IMG/VR virus record: IMGVR_UViG_2675903231_000002
Strand: one strand, 5' to 3'
Length of the DNA stretch: 64,000 nt
DNA from: an uncultured virus (IMG/VR IMGVR_UViG_2675903231_000002)
Lineage: Duplodnaviria; Heunggongvirae; Uroviricota; Caudoviricetes
The first letter of the stretch is position 1. Each line of letters begins with the position of its first letter. Positions 56,479 through 64,000 of this stretch are shown here, piece by piece. The notes under the pieces are model-generated. The model searched no databases. It was not told the DNA's origin and saw only the letters and a list, made by a program, of their open reading frames with translations. The translations under genes and the position numbers were made by a program.

Positions 56479-56972
56479 CGATCCCACCCCGATGCCAATG
56501 TCAGCGCGGCACCTAACCCTTGGATGGCACCTTCGGCACCATTTGAAAAACTCTCTATCTCTTTGAATCCAACATAACCGACTCCACTCGTAATTTCGCG
56601 CCATTTTTGTGCCAATTTTTTCGGTATGCTTCCTTGGGCACAGATCGTTCTGGTATAATGTCTTTTCTTGCTTCAACTGCCTTGGCCACAAGAATTCACA
56701 TCGCAGCGACACAAAAACGGCTCCCTTGGTCAAAAGAGGCCAAGGAAGCCGTTTATTTCCGACGCCAACATGCCAGATCCTTGCAGGAAGATCCGTGGTG
56801 TTCGTCGAATCTGACGCATTGACCTTGGAAGCCGCTACTTCCTTGGTCACGCGGCAACAGTTGGTCCGAACTGTGTGCCGCAGGACACCTCGTGCCAACC
56901 GGCATGAGGTGTTGCTTTTTATCGACATTTTTCGACCACGTTCGTAGTTTTCCTGCTTTTCCTTTCAATTTT

Positions 56973-57941
56973 TTATAGGCCGATGCGAGCTGCGGCATTG
57001 GCACGGAACAGGTTTCCGTCTCGTATGTACCGTCGTACCATCATGACACTCCTGTGACCTGTCTGAGCCATTATTTCTCTTTCAGACGCCCCAGCCATTG
57101 CGGCGGACGTGGCCAGCCCAGCCCGGAGGCTGTGTCCAGCGTATTTCCGGGCGTCCAAACCGATGACTGTCGTGTACTTCTTGACAATACGAGCCACCGT
57201 TTTGTCAGAGAGGCGATCTGTGCCAATCTGACGATCCTTGGTCACCCTGCGAAACAGGGGGCCCGACGAAATTCCCGACTCCTCCAACCAGGCCTGCAAC
57301 GTGCGCACGGGACAGGTCTCCAGGTAAGATCCGTACGGAATCCCCACCTTTCGGCCTTCACCTTCCTGGTCCGTCTTACTGCGGCGCAGCGTTATGATGA
57401 GTCCTTCACGAGCGAATTCGACGTCTTCGACATTCAAGGAGACCAGTTCGGATCGCCGAAACGCCCCGGCAAACCCAATCAGAAGTAGTGCTCGATCCCG
57501 CAGCCCCATCAGATCGTCTGGCGCGTGCCGCAGCATTCTTCGAAGGTCCTCCACGAGCACAGGGGATTTGCCGTTTGGGGCAACGCCAATCGTGTTCCGT
57601 ATGCCTCTCCAGACGGCTTTCACGTTTTCGTCGGACGCAGGTGACGGATATCCCTTGGCTTTGTGGGCCAGGCCGATGGAAATCATGCGCCGTCCAATCG
57701 TGCTGGCCTTGTACCCCTCGTCTGCCAGATACGAGAGATACAACGCCACGGTGGTTGGATGTGCGGGCAACGAACACACCCCCCGTTCATCGCACCAACG
57801 GGAAAAGGACTGCCAATCGGACTTGTACGCCTTGACGGTGTTCTTCGCCTTGGAGTGGCGCATGTAATCGTGTGCGCTCTCCACCAGTTTTGCCACCGAT
57901 GTTGTCGCTTGTTGAGTTGGCTGCGGAATTCGGTCAGGCAT
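56973..57941 (-). CDS. Tyrosine recombinase/integrase (Cre-like)
   Basis: RDRALLL..FRRSEL, RSKTDQ, GHSLRAG, TGHRS...RY catalytic residues. Confidence 0.95.
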   Translation of the reverse strand: MPDRIPQPTQQATTSVAKLVESAHDYMRHSKAKNTVKAYKSDWQSFSRWCDERGVCSLPAHPTTVALYLSYLADEGYKASTIGRRMISIGLAHKAKGYPSPASDENVKAVWRGIRNTIGVAPNGKSPVLVEDLRRMLRHAPDDLMGLRDRALLLIGFAGAFRRSELVSLNVEDVEFAREGLIITLRRSKTDQEGEGRKVGIPYGSYLETCPVRTLQAWLEESGISSGPLFRRVTKDRQIGTDRLSDKTVARIVKKYTTVIGLDARKYAGHSLRAGLATSAAMAGASEREIMAQTGHRSVMMVRRYIRDGNLFRANAAARIGL

Positions 57942-57955
57942 GCCTCAATCGCCCC

Positions 57956-58007
57956 CTGGCAAGGTACTTTCGAGCAATGTTGCGAGCCGCGTTCAAATGA
58001 TCATTCA
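57956..58007 (-). pseudogene. tnpB 3' fragment (LNAARNIARKYLA)
   Basis: 57956-57998 matches 17677-17719 at 41/43 bp; both differences are synonymous. Confidence 0.85.
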
Positions 58008-58055
58008 AGTGATCTGATGCACAGTAGATAGCGTGCAGCAGGCCGAAAAGAGCTC

Positions 58056-59059
58056 ATGGCAACAAATTCTCACTTCGATTTTCTGATGTACCCCGTATTG
58101 CGGCCACGCTTGACCATCTTGTAGATCTGATAACAAATGCCAATATATCTTTTCTGATGTACCGCTCTTTCGGGAGCATTGTGAGCGCCTACACCCCATG
58201 GCAACTAATTGCCACATAGATTTCTCTGATGAAACCAAGACGATGGCGACCGGACTTAAGCGTGTCGACCGTCCACAGCCGTATGGTCACGTTCAAATAG
58301 TAACAACTTCTTACTCGGCTTTTCTGACGCGACTAAACCGTGGAGATCACCGTCGACATGCACGCGCCTATGGCATAAAAATTCTCACGGAGATTTTCTG
58401 GTGCAACGCGTTACGGCGCCGGACCTTGAGACTGGTTCGCCGGCTATGGAAACAAGTTCACAAGAAAGTTTTCTGATGCAACAAGATGGAGTTCGCGGCG
58501 TTCGCGGAGGCCGTCATCTGGAGATAAATTCTGAAGTAATTTTCTGGTTGTCACCGACCTGGCTAGCGCCAACTGGTGCATGCGATGGAAACAAGTTCTA
58601 ACGTAGTTTTCTGATGCAAACCTATAGACGGTACCGATGTGCCGGTGGATCACGGAATGGAAACAAGTCCTCACGTAAGTTTTCTGATTCAACATGACGC
58701 ACGGTTCCTCGAACACTCACTGGGATCGGTATGGAAACAAGTTCTCAGGTAAGTTTTCTGATGCAACGAACTCTCCCGCGCGGTCAAGCAGGCGCAAGTC
58801 AAATGGAAACAATTGCTGACATAAGTTTTCTGATGTAACTCTGTCCGGCTTCACCACGATGCGGGTCTGGATCTCATGGAAACAAGTGTTCTAACATTGG
58901 TTTTCTGATACAACGGCGCAATCAATCGGTGGCTGGCCGAGGTGCTCCAGATGGAAACAAGTTCTAACATAAGTTATCTGATGCTACAGCCCACACCCGA
59001 TCCCGCGGTTGCCTCTTTGGTTATGGAAACAAGTTCTAGCATAAGTTTTCTGATGCAAC
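58056..59059 (-). CRISPR. CRISPR array 2: about 14 repeats of the same family as array 1, decaying toward low coordinates
   Basis: Repeats at about 58056, 58127, 58198, 58297, 58370, 58446, 58518, 58585, 58657, 58731, 58803, 58876, 58951, 59023; consensus ATGGAAACAAGTTCTnACnTAAGTTTTCTGATGCAAC. Confidence 0.92.
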
Positions 59060-59088
59060 CCTTCGTTTACGATTACGTATTAGACCTC

Positions 59089-59311
59089 CCGGATTAGCAC
59101 CATGTCCCCGTGCGGACAAGACGCTCTGCTGCCTTTCTTCACGTGCTCACGAGGGTCCGCAAGAGAATTGCAATCTGCTCGATTGTGGGTTGCAATAGCA
59201 ATCGAATCGTTCTCCTCACATTTCATATGCTATCACCTTTCGCAGAAGGAGGATGACGGCGCTCCTCACCATTCTTATAGGAAAGGGTCTCCACATCGGG
59301 TATATGAACAG
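59089..59311 (-). pseudogene. Decayed IS605-type left end plus tnpB 5' fragment with internal deletion
   Basis: Translates MRRTIRLLLQPTIEQIAILLRTLV then KKGSRASCPHGDMVLIR, matching TnpB at 17619..18758; upstream DNA aligns to 18759-18847. Confidence 0.88.
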
Positions 59312-59699
59312 ATGACCCCAGTCGAAGAAAGTCGCGGTCGAAAGAAACGATACCTGCCTCCGCGTCCCGACTCCGACACACCAGGTAAGCATCTGTGAAA
59401 TCGACGTTCTGCTCCGCGTACATTGTAAGGCTCTCCGTTAAACGGTCTTTGTCTTCGCACATGATTCCTTCGAGCAGCAAAACCTCCGCCAATGCACGAG
59501 CGACGTCCGAACGGTTTCTGACGTACACCGGGCCAGTCAGTACGTAAATGCACTCGGCGAGAACCATTGGCTCAATGTAGAGAACGAACTCACCATGTTC
59601 TGCCTGCTCAAACACATTCACCGCCGCATGATACATTCCTTCATGGTCACGCAAGAGATACCTGAGAATGATATTCGTATCAAGAAACAAAGTTTTCAC
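59223..59699 (-). CDS. vapC: PIN-domain (VapC-like) toxin
   Basis: FLDTNIILRYL, LAE, DFTDAYL, SFDRDF; C-terminal tail runs into the IS left end. Confidence 0.9.
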   Translation of the reverse strand: MKTLFLDTNIILRYLLRDHEGMYHAAVNVFEQAEHGEFVLYIEPMVLAECIYVLTGPVYVRNRSDVARALAEVLLLEGIMCEDKDRLTESLTMYAEQNVDFTDAYLVCRSRDAEAGIVSFDRDFLRLGSSVHIPDVETLSYKNGEERRHPPSAKGDSI

Positions 59700-59980
59700 T
59701 GTTGTCCTTCCTCCTTACCGGATAAACGAATACCCAATTCCTCTTGAGTTCTCTTGCGTGCCTCATCAATCGGAATGTAAGGTGTTCCTTCCTGATAAAG
59801 AGAACCGCCCAGCTCACGAGCAGACTTCTTCCGAAGTGGACGAATCAATATCTCCCCTTGGTCCGTATACTGAAACATCACCTTATCTCCTACTCTAAGC
59901 CCTTCCTTCTGACGAATCTCCAGCGGTATGGTGATTTGAAACTTAGAGGTTATTGTGCTGATGTGTATCATGTGAATCAC
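59696..59980 (-). CDS. AbrB-type antitoxin (VapB-like)
   Basis: 'STITSKFQITIPLEIR...GDKV'. Confidence 0.88.
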   Translation of the reverse strand: MIHMIHISTITSKFQITIPLEIRQKEGLRVGDKVMFQYTDQGEILIRPLRKKSARELGGSLYQEGTPYIPIDEARKRTQEELGIRLSGKEEGQQ

Positions 59981-60181
59981 TCCGTTCCCCTAACGATTTT
60001 TAGTACGACCATTATACACTTCGTCGTTTTACAACGAAACTGTCATACACAGGATGTCTTGTATTTTTATGTCCAATAAGATTAACTTATCGGACTCAAA
60101 ATGAAGTCACAAAGATGGCGTGTCCAACGTAATGGTTTGTCTGTAAACTAGACATATAATTACTGCTTAGGAGCATGATAC

Positions 60182-60898
60182 GTGAATCGATTTGATCCTG
60201 AATACATTTTAATGGAATCTGTAACCACTTATAATAATCGATTTCCTAGTAAACGTGATTACCATTCAGCGGCACGTGGTACGTCTTACCCAACCGTTGC
60301 CATGTTGATCGATAAGTATGGCAGTTTCAACAATTTCGTTGAATCATTTCTCAAAACGTATATCTCTGTACACGAATGTCCACTGCCGGATTATTTGCTT
60401 GGATGCCTTGCCTATCGCGCCAAGGTTGTTCGTGATCGACGGCGCTTTCATGTGCGCTTTATAACGAAAGACATCGAACAGATCCGAGTGCTTCAGTCCT
60501 TTGCCCAGCACATGCAAGTCTACCCGTCAAACAAGCACAAGCCCACATTGTACGTACGCCTGTATGACACATATCTCGTCACAGGTTTAGAACGATTTTA
60601 CAATGGTTATAAATATTTCATCCCCAGTATAGATTTTGTACGCGGTTACATTGAGACTCACGGGCATTTTCGTGTTGAAGCACCAGGGCGGTATCGCTTA
60701 ACACTCACAGGGCCACTTGTACCGCTGTGTCGTGACTTTCTGGTAGGTGTGGGTGCCCGCAACACCCGGCTGTATTCGGTTGGCAGTTCTTACCGATGGA
60801 ACATTCAAAGCGGCAGTTTGCGGAAACTTCGCGATACTTTGTATCCTGATGGTTGTGTGTGCAATGAACGTGTGCGGATGATGATGTACAAGGCCTGA
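60182..60898 (+). CDS. Degenerate LAGLIDADG-like protein
   Basis: 'YLLGCLAYRA' and 'FVRGYIETHG' resemble the two LAGLIDADG helices; low GC. Confidence 0.5.
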   Translation: MNRFDPEYILMESVTTYNNRFPSKRDYHSAARGTSYPTVAMLIDKYGSFNNFVESFLKTYISVHECPLPDYLLGCLAYRAKVVRDRRRFHVRFITKDIEQIRVLQSFAQHMQVYPSNKHKPTLYVRLYDTYLVTGLERFYNGYKYFIPSIDFVRGYIETHGHFRVEAPGRYRLTLTGPLVPLCRDFLVGVGARNTRLYSVGSSYRWNIQSGSLRKLRDTLYPDGCVCNERVRMMMYKA

Positions 60899-60944
60899 AA
60901 AGACGAGAGCCGGCCTGGGCCGCATCGACCCTGGCCGGCTCTGT

Positions 60945-61271
60945 TCACGCATCTTCTCCTGTTCCGCTGCCATCTGGTAGGTTTTGCGCCTCCCACTCGG
61001 AAATTGCTTCGAAGGCATTCCCGACGATGTCTTCATCATCCAGCCCCCGAACATCAAGAACTGCTATCCGAATATCTTGCTGTGGGTACGGCCGGCGGCG
61101 GAAGATGGTGAGATACAGATTTTCCTCCACATCTACGCTGTCATAATGAATTTCCTTCGGAGAATCGAAGAGCGAGCCTGAAATGCCTTGACCGTCATCG
61201 TGAACACGTAATTGTCGAGATTGACCGTGCTCGTATCGTTCTTCACACGGACACCTCCAGTAATTGTTCAA
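60945..61271 (-). CDS. acidic hypothetical protein
   Basis: Follows the ThiF gene in the operon. Confidence 0.5.
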   Translation of the reverse strand: MNNYWRCPCEERYEHGQSRQLRVHDDGQGISGSLFDSPKEIHYDSVDVEENLYLTIFRRRPYPQQDIRIAVLDVRGLDDEDIVGNAFEAISEWEAQNLPDGSGTGEDA

Positions 61272-62061
61272 TGGCAGCCTCCGACCGCATCCATCCGCGG
61301 CGCGCCTCGAAGAACGTCCGATGGTGCAACAAAGTGCCGTCCGCCAGTAGCGTGTGCAGATACATGAGCACCGTTGTCGCGGCCATGAGGTTGGTCATCA
61401 GGCGCTGCGGATTGGAAACGACCACTTCGCCGCACGAGACCTCCGTTGGCAATCGGTCCTCCTCGATCAGATCGGGGAACACCTCGCCCGGAAACGGCAG
61501 AACGTCTTCGCCACGAATGCGGACCCCGACAACCACCTGACCTTCCCAGCCAGAATCCTTGATCTTCGCCAGCTGGTATCGGTCCACATGCCCGGGATCA
61601 TCCGGCACGGTGACGGCGCTGTTGCCGCTGTCGATGTACACAACGTGGTTGAGACAATGCAGCTGCTCGTGCAGGATGCGGCGGGTGCTACCGTTGTCTA
61701 CTGCGCCCACCACAATCGTCCCATCTGCTACGCCGATTCTTTGAAGGTTTGTCTCCCGCGTCAGATACTCCGGATAGGCCGCGATGTCGAGGCCGTAGGC
61801 CCTGGAGTACCGCTCCGCCAACACACTGGCCTTCTTGCGGCCAATGTCCTGCGGGAGGAAGTATTGGCGGAGGAGATTTTTCTCTTCCACCACATCCCCG
61901 TCTATCAGCAGCACTCCCGGCACCTTGCAACCCTGCTCTTTGAGCGAGTAGAGCAGGCGGGCGACCTGCTGTAACACGTAGCCGCCCGTGCCGCCCACAC
62001 CAACGAGGATCAGCCGTGTGCGTTCCGGGTCCACGACGCGAACCGGTTTTACTGTGCTCAT
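61243..62061 (-). CDS. ThiF/E1-like adenylyltransferase
   Basis: LVGVGGTGG, IDGDVVEEKNLLRQ, KASVLAERY, GAVDN, SC. Confidence 0.9.
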   Translation of the reverse strand: MSTVKPVRVVDPERTRLILVGVGGTGGYVLQQVARLLYSLKEQGCKVPGVLLIDGDVVEEKNLLRQYFLPQDIGRKKASVLAERYSRAYGLDIAAYPEYLTRETNLQRIGVADGTIVVGAVDNGSTRRILHEQLHCLNHVVYIDSGNSAVTVPDDPGHVDRYQLAKIKDSGWEGQVVVGVRIRGEDVLPFPGEVFPDLIEEDRLPTEVSCGEVVVSNPQRLMTNLMAATTVLMYLHTLLADGTLLHHRTFFEARRGWMRSEAAIEQLLEVSV

Positions 62062-62987
62062 ACGGGGGTCACCACCGCAGTAATGGGACCGTCGAAGACG
62101 GCCGAGGCCTCCACCTTGACGAACTTGCCGCCGCATGAGTACCGGAAGGCAAGAGTGGGCCTCTCCCGATCCGCTTCTCCAACTACCCCGTACAGACCCG
62201 TTCGTACCTCGTCCTCGTCGTCTGTCGCTGACCAGTAGGCGGGTAGCCGGCCGTGCGAGTGGATGTGAGCGACCACGAAACGGTGTTCAGTTTCCATGAA
62301 GCCCTCGCCTTGTACGGTGACGGCCGAGGCCTTTTGCTCGGGCCACACCACATCGTAGCCAATGTCGGTGTCGTACACGATGTACGCCAGGTGCTCAATG
62401 TCCGGCTCGGACTGAAAGCGTTGCACAATCTCGCTCAGACACCAGACAGGAATTTTCGGTACGAACAGATGGAGCGGCGCACGCAGGCCCGTGCTTCCGT
62501 ACACGGGTGCGGCGAAGATGCCTACTTGTGTTTGCCGAACCTCATAAACACGGCCATCCCTGTCGAGCAAGTAGTACACCGGGGGCACCGGCGGGGCCGG
62601 CGGCTCCGTGTACACGGTGATCGCCGCCCCTTTCTTGTGGCCCTTGAGTACGGGTACGATGTGGCCCGTTTCCTTGTCATAGACCATCTCTGTGCGCTCT
62701 TTCGTGAGCTCCGGGAAGGTCTGCTCCAGCCAGGCCCGTACATCCTCCAGTTTCATCGTCCGGCTGGGTACTTCGAGCCGGTGACCCGCGTAGTAGACCA
62801 CACGATCAATTTCGTACTCGTCCGGTTCTGGTTCCTCAGCCGGTTTGGCTGTGGCCTTGGCAGACGTGGTACGCGTTGTCGGCTTCTTCACGGATTTCTC
62901 TGGCTCCAGCACCTGTGGAATCAGGCCCTTGCGCTCGTCCTCCGGCAGAAGGTCGAAAATCGTGGTTTGCTGGATGTTCGTGTTCAT
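62058..62987 (-). CDS. Ubiquitin-like domain fused to JAB/MPN metallopeptidase
   Basis: JAB motif E...HSH......S..D (HIHSHGRLPAYWSATDD); upstream 'FPELT...KKG' Ubl-like domain. Confidence 0.8.
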   Translation of the reverse strand: MNTNIQQTTIFDLLPEDERKGLIPQVLEPEKSVKKPTTRTTSAKATAKPAEEPEPDEYEIDRVVYYAGHRLEVPSRTMKLEDVRAWLEQTFPELTKERTEMVYDKETGHIVPVLKGHKKGAAITVYTEPPAPPVPPVYYLLDRDGRVYEVRQTQVGIFAAPVYGSTGLRAPLHLFVPKIPVWCLSEIVQRFQSEPDIEHLAYIVYDTDIGYDVVWPEQKASAVTVQGEGFMETEHRFVVAHIHSHGRLPAYWSATDDEDEVRTGLYGVVGEADRERPTLAFRYSCGGKFVKVEASAVFDGPITAVVTPV

Positions 62988-63016
62988 GTTCCATGTCTCC
63001 TTTTGGTTTAGATGAT

Positions 63017-63754
63017 TTAGTACCGTTCGGCCCGGTATGCGTTGTGAAATTCAGGGACGGTTCTCCCGAACGGGATGAGCCATTCGTGGGAGATGCCCCC
63101 GTTAGCTTGGACGGCTTCTAAAAATGTGGCGTACTCCCTGTAGGGCGAGTTCTGGCTGGTTCCCACGCCGAATAGGTCGCGATTGTTGGGCGTACTGATG
63201 AATCCGAACACACCCCTGTTCACGACTTCGTGCAGCTCGCACACAGTGTTGTGCGTCCAGCACACGCGGCCGTCATCAAACACGTTAGAGTACGGCCAGC
63301 GGTACAACGGAGAAATCTCCGTGACCACGGAATCTGTCGTGACGGCAATTGAAAGACCGATAAGCTGTTTTGTATGCAAGGTCCAGCGGGCCCGGTAGAC
63401 TATCGTCGGGATGTGCACCAGATACGAAGCGCCCTGATACACCATCGGATACTCGGTCGCCGGCACGTATCCCGTGAGGATGACATCTGTCCAACGGGAG
63501 CACTCCGCGATATCAACCATGAGTGTCCGATCCGGCAAACGTGGCAGTTTGGTGACTCGCAAGTCGGCCACCTTGAGTTGCTCAACCACCATGGACCGAT
63601 CCAACAGGGTAAGCAGCTGGTGCCACCCTACCGTTTTGTAGTGAGTGACGCCGTTTGCCCTAATCTCGAGTTCCGGAAGCTTGTCCGGTTCGAGTTTGAG
63701 AATCAGAGCGTCGGCGGCCTCCTTACCTTTCGTGTGGAGGCTTACGGTGTTCAT
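63017..63754 (-). CDS. Prokaryotic E2-family protein
   Basis: 'LYRWPYSNVFDDGRVCW' E2-like motif with catalytic Cys; adjacent to JAB and ThiF genes. Confidence 0.75.
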   Translation of the reverse strand: MNTVSLHTKGKEAADALILKLEPDKLPELEIRANGVTHYKTVGWHQLLTLLDRSMVVEQLKVADLRVTKLPRLPDRTLMVDIAECSRWTDVILTGYVPATEYPMVYQGASYLVHIPTIVYRARWTLHTKQLIGLSIAVTTDSVVTEISPLYRWPYSNVFDDGRVCWTHNTVCELHEVVNRGVFGFISTPNNRDLFGVGTSQNSPYREYATFLEAVQANGGISHEWLIPFGRTVPEFHNAYRAERY

Positions 63755-64000
63755 AAAATTGCTTCACCTCCCAGGCACTTAGGATCACGTCCCAAGCGGC
63801 CATGATGTCGTCTGTTAATGCTTCGGGCAGAACCCATATGAAGTGCGGCTCTTCGATGGTGTCGCTCAGGCCAATGCGCGATTGCACCGTACGTTGCGCG
63901 CACCACCAGATGAAATGCCGCCATTCGGCGACCTGTTGCGGATCTTGGCCCTTGATGATGATCACGCAACCGATGTCGTACACGACTTCCTCGTCGTGGA
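63723..64000 (-). CDS. hypothetical protein, 5'-truncated by the window edge
   Basis: Open frame running to the window end, overlapping the E2 gene. Confidence 0.45.
   Translation of the reverse strand, partial: HDEEVVYDIGCVIIIKGQDPQQVAEWRHFIWWCAQRTVQSRIGLSDTIEEPHFIWVLPEALTDDIMAAWDVILSAWEVKQFYEHRKPPHER

Noticed and set aside
56479..56928. N-terminal extension of the 374-aa ORF
   Set aside because: A better start with RBS lies at 56478, and the extension contains the intergenic 19-bp motif.
57956..57998. A self-targeting spacer against tnpB
   Set aside because: It is longer than a normal spacer, has no repeat on its distal side, and is collinear with the tnpB 5' remnant on the other side of the array. 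A tnpB remnant explains it better, though a spacer cannot be fully excluded.

Overview
GC-rich segment of a large conjugative plasmid (or ICE) of a spore-forming Bacillota host, probably Alicyclobacillaceae-like (inferred from the SASP gene, GC content and protein style). It carries: a DNA-repair cassette (Y-family polymerase, YolD-like, SASP, SRAP, ATP-dependent ligase); a cluster of small acidic genes ending in a stand-alone IS110/Nop-domain (TasA-like) gene with a guide-like hairpin; a type IV CRISPR-Cas operon (csf1-csf2-csf3-recD-cas6, IV-D-like, no cas1/cas2 in the window) with two arrays 47 kb apart; two tnpB-only IS200/IS605 elements plus a miniature derivative; Dam plus a PD-(D/E)XK nuclease; UvrD; ParA and ParM partition modules; a Gram-positive T4SS; a roughly 1950-aa surface protein; three toxin-antitoxin modules; a tyrosine recombinase; and a prokaryotic ubiquitin-like (E2 / Ubl-JAB / E1) module. 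The most striking observation is that both CRISPR arrays are tied to tnpB-derived DNA. Array 2 sits inside the shell of a decayed IS605-type tnpB element, array 1 has the same tnpB internal fragment and a shared 29-bp leader, and a miniature omega-RNA-bearing element is inserted into a repeat of array 1. All calls come from reading motifs by eye; no database searches were run.
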